Below, one piece after another: positions 39,944 through 53,717 of a stretch of 64,000 nucleotides of DNA. Positions within the stretch are counted from its first letter, which is position 1; the number at the start of each line of letters is the position of its first letter. The notes beneath the pieces are model-generated. The model did no database searches, was not told the DNA's origin, and was given only the letters and a program-made list of their open reading frames with translations. The stretch lies in NCBI RefSeq assembly GCF_009914755.1, contig NC_060934.1. One strand, 5' to 3'. A program made the position numbers and the translations under genes. This stretch comes from the human T2T-CHM13v2.0 reference genome, Homo sapiens.

Positions 39944-41077
39944 AATAAATAGTGCTCAGTAAACATTACATTTTATTCTTCTATAACCTTTATGACAAGC
40001 CTATAGGTGTTATTATTCTTTCCACTTACCAATAAAGAAATTGAGGCTCAGGGTGTTTTGGTAACTTTCTAGCAATATTGATAGCAGAATATACCTGGAC
40101 ACCTATCCCAGAATGTATGTGCCCAGACTCATGAGTGCTGCTGCAACAGGCTGCCACCCAGGAGGTGCTCCAGGCACATTTTCTGACGGGTGTGTGCTGT
40201 TCTCTCATCCATGGTTCCAGCTATCACAATTCAGTCTCTTCTCTCTTGTACTACCAAGGGAGAGAAAGCGGAAGTAGATGTCAGGCAATAGGTAGTGGGG
40301 ATAATGGCCCTAAGAGTCTATTCTTCTTCTGTTAATTTCCCTAGAAGCAGAAGCTCATATGACAAGGGTTGAGTCCTTAATCAGCAATTCCTAACTGAGA
40401 ACCTGAGTGTGGGTTTGTTTTGTCCACATTCACAGCACGGCTTAGCAGACAGCAAAATATACTTGGCTTTAGATGGGAATAACCTTAGCAAGACAATTTC
40501 TACAGCACATACAAGTGCACATAAACATGCACATGCTCAGCTGAGAAGAAAACTAAAAATAGATATTCTTTGATGGTCCACTGAGTGACATCCTACCTAG
40601 CAAAGAATCTCTACCTCCAAGCACCTGCTCAGTCCAAACTTCAGACAAGCATTAGACTATTATCCTGGCCTCTAGGTATGAGAGGAATAAAGATTGATTC
40701 TATCAAGAGTCTGGGAAAGGGAGGGAAGGGAGCCAAAACATGGCACAGGCCTTTATAAAACCTATGGGAGATCACCAGCTCAAAATGGGATTCTTGAAGA
40801 TTAAAACAAATAGTGTTTCTGTATGCAAAGCAGCCCCAGACAGCATGATGGATGAGGGCTACCTCCATCCCAGATCTGTGTGATTTCTTTCTGCTCTTCC
40901 TTACTGGGGGATTTAAGCCAACTCTGAGCTGGGTTTTCTGTGTGATGAGTGAAGCCTGGAAACCTTTCTTCCTATCCCAGGTGCCTGATCAGCCAGGGGC
41001 AGTTCTGAGTATTAGGTGTGGCAGCTTCTTGGAAGCAAAAAGAGAATAAGCTGATTGGTCCAGAGTTTGAACTTAGA

Positions 41078-41260
41078 CCAGGGGTTGCCAAATTTGTCTG
41101 CACATTAGAATCACCTGGGAAGGCATGTAAACATTTGAAATTGACCCAGCCATATTTCAGGTTAAGTAAACTGCAATCTGTTAGGCAGGACACAAGCGCC
41201 AGGAGTTTCTAAGCTTCCCAGATGATTCCAATGTACAGACAAGCTTTGGGAACCACTGGT
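41078..41260. mobile_element. MER5-type hAT DNA transposon
   Basis: ctgcacattagaatcacctgggaag...cccagatgattccaatgtacagacaagctttgggaaccactg. Confidence 0.75.
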
Positions 41261-41264
41261 TTAG

Positions 41265-41462
41265 ACACGTGGTTCTTTCCTGGCAAAGGCTGTACCCCTT
41301 AAAGGACATTTTGCAATGTCAGGAGACATTTTTGGTCATCACAAATGGGGGGTGGTGCTGCTGACATCTAGTGGGAAAAGGCCAGGAATGCTGCTAAACA
41401 ACCACATAAGAAAGAATTATCTGGCCCAAAATGTCAATAGAGTCCAGGGTGAGAAACCTAGT
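41265..41462 (+). mobile_element. MER20 hAT DNA transposon
   Basis: ggacattttgcaatgtcaggagacatttttggtcatcaca...aaagaattatctggcccaaaatgtcaatag. Confidence 0.85.
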
Positions 41463-41526
41463 TTAGACGCTTGCAACTCAAAGTGTGGTTCATGGACCAG
41501 CAGCTTGTTAGAAATACAGAACCTCT

Positions 41527-41789
41527 GGCCAGGCGCGGTGGCTCACACCTATAACCCCAGCACTTTGGGAGGCTGAGGCAGGTGGATCACTTAAGGCCAG
41601 GAGTTTGAGACCAGCCTGGGGAACGTGGTGAAACACCATCTCTACAATAAATACAAACATTAGCTTGGCCTGGTGGCAGGTGCCTGTAGTTTCAGCTACT
41701 CGGGAGGCTGAGGCACGAGAATTGCTTGAACCCAGGGGGCGGAGGTTGCAGTGAGCCAAGATCTTCCACCCTGGGCAACAGAGCAAGAC

Positions 41790-41825
<36 letters not shown>

Positions 41826-41893
41826 AGATATATATATGATATATGTTTATGAGATATATACATATATACATATGAAAGAGAGAGAGAGAAAAA
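41527..41893 (+). mobile_element. AluS with microsatellite-converted tail, inserted in MER5A
   Basis: Exact 17-bp TSD tagaaatacagaacctc at 41509-41525 and 41894-41910. Confidence 0.93.
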
Positions 41894-44308
41894 TAGAAAT
41901 ACAGAACCTCAGACTCTACCCCAGACCTACTGGGTCACAATCTGCATCTGTACAGGATCCCCTGGTGATTGGTAGGCAGATTTTAGAAGCACTAGTTTAA
42001 ACTAATTTAGGGCTGTTTTGTATAATGGGAGGTCCCTTCCATTTAAACTGCTAGGCTGGATTTCTCATCCATGGCAACCATTTCTTTCACATTCTAATTC
42101 TCCCCACAACTTCTCAAGCTTGTGTACAGGAACGGCCTCAGGCCTTCTTTTATTACACTGTATGCCTGCACACATATGTCTATGTTTATCACAGTCTCAG
42201 GCTTTAGAATCAGACAGATCAAGTTTGGATCCCAGCTCTGAATAGGATCATTTAAAATCTTAACCTCGCTGTGTCTTGATGGCCTAATCTGCAAATGGGG
42301 AAATGATGTGAAGACAAGGTAAACCATGCAAAATTAGTGATGGTGTCTGAGCAGTGTGAGTTGGAATCCCAACTTCACCAATTTATTAGATTTGATGTTG
42401 GGCAATTTATTTTCTTTCTTTGAACCTCAATTTTCTGATCTAAAAAAAATGCATAACCACACCGGATTGTGAAGAATATTATCCAGGTGATGGATTTTCA
42501 GAAGCTAACATGGAGTAGGAGCTCACATGCAGTCATTTGCTTGCTTCCTGAAATATGGCAGGAGCTCCATAAATGGGATAGTCTTTCATTCAAACCCCAC
42601 ACCAAAGTGCCATAAATCCCTTCTCTGTATCAGTCTTGGGGGACATACATTCACAGTCATAGGCTCCCCTTCATCCATTCTGGGGCCAACACAGAAGGAG
42701 GATGTTGTCATCTGCTGTCTTGTCTCATCATCTCTGTTAAGACTGTATCTTGAAGGTGGCTGACCTGCTTGCCTTCCACTGCAATCCCACTTGCAGCTGG
42801 GTGATGTGCACAGAAAGTCCTCAATAAATGTTTTCTGCTAGTGATTCGGGATTTAAAGCCCTACAACTATAAGAGGAGGAACTGGGACTCAAACTTGGTT
42901 CCTCCCATTCTGAAACCCAGGCTGGCTTCACATCACCACACTACCTCTCCATGGCAGGTGTGCCTGTCCCCCATCTCTCTCCATACACACACACAATGCA
43001 GCAGTCAGTTAGCAACTGCCTGGTGGGGTTTACTGTAGAGACACGAAAGCTCACTGTTTCTCCTGAACTGGATTGTAAATGGTTCGAAGCACATCCCATG
43101 CTTTTTCCTTATTCTGTGTTCCTCAGGGACCTAAACACATGGCTGAGCACACAGCAGAAACTCAATAAATCTCTGTTATCTAATTGATTGGTGAGCCGGT
43201 TGATTGATTAGATCATGGTTGACTGAAGTAAATGCAGCATAGCATAAGAGATGCAGGTTGCAATTATGTAATCTCCAACTCTGTCTTTGGAAAACTCCTA
43301 TAATTTCCTAAAGATTCTCCTACATTCAGGACAGATCTATTCACCCAGCCTTCACCAAGAACTCCCATACACTTTATAGAAATTAAACATTCTATAAAGC
43401 GAGGATGACGAGGCAGGCAAGGGGAGGCACTGAAGCCCCAAACCCACAAGGCTTCTTGAGTCCTATTGCCATGTGGAGAAACCCTGACAGGGCACTATGG
43501 AACAGTATCCAGGCTAAGCCTGGAAAAATGACAGAAGTGAGATGAGGAGGAACTGGGAAGAATGGGAGCCAAAAGGCACAAAGTCTGGAGCAAAGAGATC
43601 AACTGTGAGGTAGAGCAATGAAGAAAGCTCCCTTGATGGGTTTGCCAGAGGACATCACCCATTCAGACAAGTAGGCAAACACCTGACTCCAGGGTCTGTA
43701 CAGAACATCATTAACATGGACAGGAACCTAAGAGCCACACCAGGTGAGCCAGAACAAATTTGAGCAATCCCAGCCAGCCAGCAGTGCCGCTGGTGCAAGT
43801 GCCTTGGCTTTAACTCAGGAACCCCAGAGCAGGAGGAAGCTTCATTTCCAATAATAAAGCACAGATTGGAGCCACTGGACTTGAGCATAGAGATTTCAAT
43901 TCTACTTTTTTGCCACAAACAAACTAAGCACCCACTATGCGGTTACTGTAGCAAAGCAGCCATGAAAAGAAACATAAGTGAGCATTGACTTTGCCCAGGT
44001 TAAAAGACTACATCCTAAATGGCCTATGTCTCAAAAGAAAAAGTGAGCCAGACCATCACTTCCCATCCGCAGCCTCTGCCTCCTGAAGGCTGGGCCCGGG
44101 GCTGGAGGTTTAGACAAGACATCTTCAATCACTCCGTGGAATAAGGGTCTTCTGAGCCTTCAGCAGGGCTGGATCAGCCCAAATTCCTCACCCCTCTTGG
44201 AGGTCAGAGGACAACTGTTGTTTCACCAAGACAGAGCTGACAATACCTAAACCTCAGGCTGCAGGAAGAAATCAGCTGGAAAGCAAAGTGAAGAGCTAAA
44301 GAAGACTA

Positions 44309-44800
<492 letters not shown>

Positions 44801-45968
44801 TCATGGAACCCAAACAGAAACAACAGCCCAGAGCCCAGATCTGTCTCTATGAAGCCTGGAGATATCGTACGGTGGGGGAGAAGAAAAAAGAAAAACCTGA
44901 GATTCCTATTTCTTACTCTTCTAAGAGCTGAGATTTGGATTTTTTTTTTTTTCAGACTGCCTTGAAGGTAATCCAAGGAGGGAAAGACCCTGCTTGGGAA
45001 CTGTGGGAAGATGACCTGGATCTCATAGTATCACTCTCAGGAAGAAAAAGAAGAGACTGCACTGAAGAAATAATGGCATGCAATGTTATTTTTAAATTAC
45101 TGGTGAGAAAAAAACAGGAACTGTAAGATGTCTGAATTCACACACACAAACACACTCACACACTCACACCTGTTCTCCAAAATGAAGCTCACTTGTGGTG
45201 AAGCCAAACAGTGCAGCAGCCTTCTTTAATCATATAGTGGAAGGAACCCCTTCTGTCACCATTGAAACTGTCAGAAGATACATTTTCACAAAGGCTGATA
45301 GGAATGAAGTGTGTCCTTCAACTATACGGGAGGAAGCAAATGAATTTTGACCACCTACCACTGGGAGCACCTTTTGGCAGGAGGCTCTGTATAATTTATC
45401 TGATGTAACCCTCAGAAGAGCGTCGTGAGACAGTGTTATTACCTCTCATTTACTAATAACAAAGTCGAGATTCATAGAGGTGTAATAAGTCTCGAGATCT
45501 CACAAGTAGTAGGTCAGCAATTTCACCAAATATTTGCAAGTTGACAATCTGATACTGATTTCTGCCCACTCCCCCAGCAAACACACCACCTCCCCCAAAC
45601 CAGACCATCCTGAGAGGAATAATGGATAATGCATCCCCGCTAAAGGCAGACGGGTTTTAAATCAATCCACCAAGTGACCAATTAACATTCTCCCTTCCAT
45701 AGCCAGCCACCGATTCCTGAAAGGGATGAGAAAATTCAGTGTCTTCTCAGATTACATTGATATTCATCCCAATTACCCTCCTCCTTCTCCATTCCAGCAG
45801 CACATAAATTACCAGCTCTGTTGTCAAATGCTGTATGTAATTGTGTTTAGCATAACATCCCAAGGGAATAGAAAAGCCATCCGCTCTGTGATGGGCTGAG
45901 GCACGCCAGGGTGCACTGGAATGAAAGTTGAAGCCTGGTATCCACCCCTCTCTTCCCACCTCCCACAG

Positions 45969-46037
45969 AACCTGGCAAGCTCAGGCAGGTCCAGGCCTGT
46001 CAGGAGCCACAAACAGGAAGAGAGGTCAGAGTGCGAG
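45969..46037 (+). other. Candidate 69-nt spliced exon
   Basis: Pyrimidine tract tccacccctctcttcccacctcccacAG and donor GAG|GTGAGT; open in phase 0. Confidence 0.4.
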
Positions 46038-46599
46038 GTGAGTAAGCAATTCCCACGAAGAAACAGCAGTCCCTCTGCTTGTCAAACTGCATATCTAGGC
46101 AAAACAGGGATATATATTTTTTGATGCCCAAGGAACAGGTCCTTTCCAGGACTATATTAGTAAATCACTAGAAGGAAATAAAGGTTTTAAAGTAATTCCT
46201 ATGAGCCAGGTCATGTAATATGTTCTCATTTAATTCCTGCTGCAGCCCTTGGGGAGGGTGATATTGGCCTTGCCCAGGGTGACACAACTGGTAAGTACAG
46301 GGCTGGCAATCTGTTTTCCCAAACTCCCTTTTCTGATCCACATTCTTCATCCCAACATCCCCTTCTGCCCTCCCAAGGATTTGCCTTACATCTAGTTCCC
46401 TCAGAACCTTTCTCTAGCTGACTACCCAGTTGGAAATCAACAAACCAAGAGGCAATCCTTGGAAAATCCCCCTAAATTAATACAAGTCTCTTGAAAGCCA
46501 AAAAGAAATCATCCTCATTATCACTGCCAATTAGAACAAAGTTTGGCTACCCATAAAATGAAGAAAAGAAAAAACTGTGACTTAACTTAAAGCTCTGGT

Positions 46600-46991
46600 A
46601 AAAGTGCTCCAATATGGATGATAGGCCCAGCCTTTTTTTATCTTCCTGTTCTGTCACTCTCAGAGTGTGGCTCATTCACAAAGTCATCTCCTGGTCCAAA
46701 TGGCCTGCTGGAGCACTTGCCTTCACCTCAGAATGCCAGGCAACAGGGAGAAGAAATCAGGGAAGGACAAATGGGCTCTCCCTCCTTTAAGAAGCCTTTC
46801 TAAATTTTCTACCCATCAACTTCAACTCACATTATGGTCAGAAATATTCACATGCTCACACCTAGCTACAAGGGAGCCTGGAAAGTGTTGTCTACACTGA
46901 GCACACTGTCACCCTCTCTTACACTGGAACTGTTTTCCTAAGGGAATAGACAAAATAAAGAGAATGGGTAGCAAACATCTGCCTCTGTCAC
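46600..46991 (-). mobile_element. Old MLT1 (J/K-like) MaLR LTR
   Basis: cacatgctcacacctagctacaagggagcctggaaagtgt...tctgcctctgtcaca. Confidence 0.6.
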
Positions 46992-47131
46992 AATGGCCAT
47001 CACCCCCCTCCACCACCATCATCACCGCTTCTTACTCAGGACTTTCTATGCTTCACACCTTTGTTCAGTTGATCCCACAATAACCCTACAAAGGGAACCA
47101 TGTCTCCCATTTTACAGGTTGGGAAATAGGG

Positions 47132-47539
47132 TGTGTTAGTTCATTTGAGTTGCCATAAAGGAATACCTGAGAATGGATAATCTATGAAGAAAAGAGATTT
47201 AAGTGGCTCATGATTCTGCAGGCAGTACAGAAAGCATAGCACTGACATCTGCTTCTGGTGAGGCCTCAGGAAACTTACAATCATGGCAGAAGGCAAAATG
47301 GGAGCCTGTGTATCACATGGTGAGAGTGGAAGCAAGAGAGATGCCAGGGTCTTTTAAACAACCAGCTCTCACATGAACTCACAGAGCGAGAACCCACTCA
47401 TTACCATGGGGAGAACACCAAGCCGTTCATGAGGGGTCCACCTCAGTAACCCAAACACCTCCCACCAGGCCCCATCTCCAACATTGGGTATCACCTTTCA
47501 ACATGAGATTTGGAGGGGACAAACGTCCAAGCCATATCA
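47132..47539 (-). mobile_element. MSTB-type MaLR solo LTR inserted in a MIR
   Basis: tgtgttagttcatttgagttgccataaaggaatacctgag...catgagatttggaggggacaaacgtccaagccatatca. Confidence 0.9.
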
Positions 47540-47995
47540 CCAGGTTTCACAGAGGCTAAGTAACTTACCCAAGGTCACAGAACTGAGACGTGAGCCTGGA
47601 AGATAGACCTATTATTAATATTTGTCCTGATTCAAACTCCATGAAGTGCCCACTTGACATAAATGTCTAATGTGATATAAGTTAATTAAGAAGAATTTTG
47701 CTCTTTAAGTAGAAGGCAACTGTCTACCCAAATATCACATCACGAATCTCTCTGTCTGATTCCAAAGCCCGGGATTCTAACTACTGCACTACACTTTCAC
47801 CCTCCTACGGTCATTTTATGTACTGAACAGTGATAGAGAAATTACAGCATCAGGGAATCCTCAAATCAGCCAAGTAAGAAGCTATCTTGTATGCTTGAGC
47901 AAAAACCAACTATAGCACCCTCGGAAATCTCACCCTAAAAAAAGTTTTATCCCGATTTTACTGAGAAGAAGGCCAGAAAGGCCAAGTCAGTGGCC

Positions 47996-48023
47996 ACACA
48001 TACACACACACACACACACACAC
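47996..48023. repeat. (CA)n microsatellite
   Basis: Direct reading. Confidence 0.95.
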
Positions 48024-49179
48024 CCTTAAGCCCTACCTCTCTCAATCGGGTGACAAGTATCATTCTACTGAACAAACACCCGGTTTTGCCCTTTTTACCC
48101 CTCTACTTATAGCTAAAGATTCATTTCTCTCCTTAGCTTATTCCTATTGTGTCTTAAAACCTTTTTCACAGCTTTTTTGCTTAGGAGTTTTTTTCCATGA
48201 CTATTTCAAGAGAAAGGCTGACCTGGTTATAACCTCACTCCTTCGTCTGCACATCCTCAGGCCTAATTGGATCCCAAGTTCCCAAATGGGATAAGCAGGT
48301 CAGCAGCCAAGAAAAATATAGCTTTCCAGCTCCCACAAAAAGAGGTGAACATTGTTATTAGACCCATAAGCAAAATGTCAAACTATGGAAAGTCTTAGCC
48401 AATAGCATTATGGCCCTAGATAGCTTGGCCAGGAAGATCTCAGAGCTGCCTAGTATGGTTCCCTTAAATGTTCTACATCAGGATTATGTTAATATATTAC
48501 GCCAATACTAATAGCAAATATACTGAAGATGCTATTTGTAGAACTGGACCAGACAGATAATTTCAACCATTTACCAGGCACCTCTTCCAGGCCTATCACT
48601 GGTCAAAACTGGGGATACAGGAGCAAGAAAGCCCAGATCCTGCCCTCAAGTAACTTGTAGTCTAGTGGGTGAGCCAGATACATGAATTCATCATTTCAGA
48701 CCACAGGCTTAGAGCACTGCCTTCTGATGAGTTCAGTGCTTTCAAAACTCAGAAGAGGATCATCATCTCTCTCTCTCTAGGGCTACCCGAGGGGACTGCC
48801 TGGAGAAAGATGGACCTTGACTCCTGAGGTCATCCAGAGGTAGTGAGCCTCCCACAGAGAACCCAGCCTTCACTCCTGAGGCAATAATCAGGGCTTTGTC
48901 CCTGGCCCAGGAGCACATCCACCTCCACGTGCATTAGTACTTAGTGTTGAATTTTACCAAAGATTTCTTGGGGAGACTGAGGAAATATTGAATCACACAC
49001 TAAAGAAAAAGCACAATTTTTAAATCCCTATGAGATATTTCTTTTCTTTGCTCAAGTTTTTGCTCAAGTTTTTCCCACCTACTTTACCTCTCCCCTGTTC
49101 CCCTACATTCAATCTCATCAACAACCCATGTCATCAGTTCCCAAACACAGCCCAAAAGTCCAACTCAGCAAAAACGAGT

Positions 49180-50040
49180 CCAACAAGATGGCAGAATAGG
49201 AGATGCCAGCTCTCATCCCCTCCACCAAGAAACACCCATTTTGGTAATCATCCATAGATAACCCAAAAGGGCAGGAGCCCTAGAGTCTAACTGAGAGGTT
49301 CTAGCACCTGGTGGAGAAAAAAAATTCCTAGAGTGGATGAATTAAAGAGGGTAAGAAAAACAGTCTCTCTTTATCTACTTTACCCTTTCCCCAAGGCAGC
49401 ATAGACCTATGCTGAGATAGGTCCCCTGGGCCTGTGCTCTCTCTCATGAGGAAAAGTCAAAGTAAAAGGAATGCAGGACTCCCCAGTTTTATGGGACACA
49501 GTCCAGAAGGACCACTTCTGTCTTGCTTCACTCAGAACAATGAAGGGATAAGCACTGGTGAATCATCTGGAGCCAGCTAGGAGCAGGGGTGGCAGCAGAC
49601 AGCAGTTGGCTTGCAGTTCTCAACAACCAGCCAAGGATCCTGCTGACCAGCTTACTGACTCCGGAAGGAGTCTTGCCCACAAACCCTGCAGAATAAACTG
49701 CTTACAGAGCTCCCCCACCAGCCAATGTGCACTCCCAAAACCTGACATGCTCCCACCATGGATGGCACATCCCTGTGCATGGAGTGCACAAGCTCCCACA
49801 GATAGCATGAGGATCTCAATAGCAGGGGAGGAGTGTAGAAGCCAGCTTGACTCTGCTGCTATGGGAGATGCTGCACAACACTGAACTCTTCAGGACACTG
49901 CCCTAGGGAAAATAAACAGGAGGCTCTCAGCACCTGGCCTGGCTTTGGAGGATCAAATTCTAAGACTTACCCGCTAGGAGGGGGCAAGAGGAGTGGAGTT
50001 GGACACAGCCTTAGAAAAGGTCTGAGAACCCCAGATACTC
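49180..50040 (+). mobile_element. L1M-type 5' UTR remnant
   Basis: Starts caagatggcagaatagga (YY1-site start typical of L1 5' ends) followed by GC-richer UTR-like sequence. Confidence 0.55.
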
Positions 50041-50252
50041 AGAGACATATCAGCATTCCAATGTTCATTGCACCATTATACATAAAAGCCAAGATGTGGA
50101 ATCAATGTAAGTGTCCAGCAACAGATGAATGAATGAAGAAAATGTGGTATATATGTGGTATGCATACACAATGGAATACTATTCAGCCTTTAAAGAGAAG
50201 AAAACCCTGCCCTTTGTGACAACAGCGATGAACCTGAAGGATATTATGCTAT
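50041..50252 (+). mobile_element. L1M ORF2 3' end fragment
   Basis: atgttcattgcaccattat...gaagaaaatgtggtatat...acaatggaatactattcagcct...atgaacctgaaggatattatgcta. Confidence 0.85.
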
Positions 50253-51525
50253 AATATATATAATATGTGTTACATGTATAGAGAGAGGGAGAGAGATAAT
50301 GAATTTAAAACAAATAAGCTTAAAAGAAGTATAATAAGACCTTGACTTAAGATAGAAGACAACAATGGTAGTTAAGGAAAACTGCCACTAAGTAAAAATG
50401 GATAGCTTCCCAACAGGCTGGCTAAAGACATACATGTGATGGTTTAGGAAAAGCAGACTTTCTCTAGGCTTTGAAATAAGCAAAAATACGCATTCCATGG
50501 GTGTGTTTCCTCATGGGAAACTTTAGGTTAAAGAGAAATAGGATGCTGAGAACTATATCTTAATAAATTATAAAATACTCCCCTTTTCTTCTCGTGTTCT
50601 CTTTCAATACAGTACTGAACCCCAAATTGCAACATAATTTTTTTCTTTGTTCTAGCTCTACATCCTCCTTTAAGAATTTTTTTGTATGTAAAAAGCTGAA
50701 AGCATACCCAAACTTAAATTGGTACTTCTCTCTCAGTTATATGTATTTGACGGAAGTGACAAGCTTCAGTTTGCCCACAGGTTCACATCTAACTCACAGA
50801 TTGAAGTGTCACTGTGGGATCTTCCCACCACAGAATGCTAGATGGAGGTTAATAGATGTCACCACACAAAAAAAGAAAAAATTAAAGATTACTACTTCTC
50901 AGTCCTCATTAGCATGAAAACATAATTGTGTATTTTATGTTTTTCAGAGATGAGGGTCATGCCTGTTGGAGCACCTATTGGCTTGCAATCTTGTTGTCAC
51001 CATCAGTCAAAAGGAAAGTATCAATTTATTTGAATGGCCTTTGTCAATGTTGGTCTGAGAACATGCTGCATGAAATAATAATAATTAGCATTAAATTAGT
51101 GATGAATGATGATAATAGTTACTGTCCATTGAGTGTCTTCTATTCTAAGTGCAAGTACTTTCCAAATAGTATGTTATTTAATTCCTATGACAATCCTACA
51201 TATTATCCCCATTTCATTAATGAGAAGCTGAAGTTGATAGAGGTTAAGTAACTTGCCTAATTCAAGATAGTTGCAAGACAAAATTCAAACCCATATGTAC
51301 CTCACTCCGTGCAGATTGTGGAATAACATAATGAATGATATCTTCAATCGAAATGTTATTATTTTAGAGAAGCGCCATGCAATATATGGCATTGGAGACC
51401 ATGCCACCAATGCCATGACAACCTAGCTCTTCCTATAAAACCTCCCCCTCTACCACCCACCCAATTCACATGGACATAGCCAAGGCTCCTGACTTTATTT
51501 TGTCTATGGTGATCCAGACTACCTG

Positions 51526-51789
51526 TGTGATGGTTAATTTATTTGTCAACTTAACTGGATCATCGGGTGTCCACAAAACTGCTGGTTAAACATAATTTTT
51601 GAATGTGTCTGTCTGTGAGGGTGTTTCTGGATAAGATTAGCATTTGAATTGGTAGACTGAGTAAAGTAGATGGCCCTCCCTAGTTGGAAAGGATGAGCCT
51701 TTCCAACCAATTAAAGACCTGAATAGAACAGAAAGGAGAGAGAGAGAGAGAGAGAAAAGGAAAGAAGAGAGAAAGAGAGAGAGAAAGAC

Positions 51790-51844
<55 letters not shown>

Positions 51845-52288
51845 AAAAGAAAGGAAGGAAGAAAGAAAGAAAAGGAGGGAAGAAAAGGAGGGAAGAAAGA
51901 GGAAGGAAGGAAGGAAGAGAGAGAGAAAGGGAGGGAAGAAGGAGGAAGGAAGGAAGAGAGAGAGAGAAAGGGAGGGAAGAAGGAGGAAGGAAGGAAGGAA
52001 GGAAAGAAGGAAGGAAGGAAAGAAAGAAGGGAGGGAGGGAGGAAGGAAGGAAAGAAGGAATTCTCTCTCTCTCTGCCTGACTGGTTGAGCTGGAACATTG
52101 GTTTCCTCTGCTTTTGGACTGAACTTCACACCATCAATGCTCCTGGTTCTCAGGCCTTCAGACTCAGACTAAAATTACACCACCAGCTTTTCTGTGTGCC
52201 CAGCTTGCAAACAGTAGATCATGGGACTTCTCAGCCCCCATAATCATATCTATTGGTTCTGTTTCTCTGGAGAACCCTGATTAATACA
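51526..52288 (+). mobile_element. MLT2C/D-type ERVL solo LTR
   Basis: tgtgatggttaattt...tattggttctgtttctctggagaaccctgattaataca; near TSD acctg/ccctg. Confidence 0.88.
51731..52060. repeat. Polypurine compound microsatellite (GA)n/(GAAA)n/(GGAA)n
   Basis: About 330 bp, all purine except one C. Confidence 0.97.
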
Positions 52289-52948
52289 CCCTGGTTCCAG
52301 ATCATTGGTCCAGGAGTGACTCAAGATAAGCAAGTCGGACATCTTTCTTCAGGAAATTTCAATTTGGAACTGAGAACATTCAGTCTGGTCCAATCCATTG
52401 AAAAGAGGAAATGAAAATCCAAGTGCTATGTTGAGGGCTTACCACGGTTTCTACCATGTGACCTGGTGGCAGACAAGGCCTGACCACAAAGAAAGAGGAA
52501 TGAGGTGGCCTTCAGGGGTGAGGAAGGTGGACAAGGTCTGCAAACACTGTGGGCAACTCTGCTTCTAGTTCCCATTCATTCCTGAGGGCTGGCCGTCTCT
52601 CTGTCCTGTGCCCTCCTAGACCAATCTGTGTGCTTTTAACAAATCTCCCCTTTTATGCTTAAAGAAGATCTTGTCGATTCCTTTTCCATGGAACTGAAAG
52701 AACCCTAACTATTCAGGGTCATCTGATCAAAGCAGGTCTGGAGCTTCCTAGTGGTCTAGTTTCAGAAATACAACATGAATCCTGGGGAGGTTTGAGGACT
52801 GAATAATGAACACATCCTCCAGTTTTTCCCCTCCCAAGTGCCAGTGATCTCTTCTTTCAATTTGAAAGAAACCGAAAAACTATTCTAAAGTAAGTCTCAG
52901 GCAAGAATCGGAAGAGCCAGAAATCTATGTTCTTAGCTGAAGAGCTCA

Positions 52949-53662
<714 letters not shown>

Positions 53663-53717
53663 TTAGAGCAAAAATATAGACATAAAGCAAGAACGTTCAT
53701 GTGGGGCCACACAACAG

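Noticed and set aside
51637-52129. Two ~150-aa F/L/S/P-rich ORFs
   Set aside because: Translations of the polypurine microsatellite
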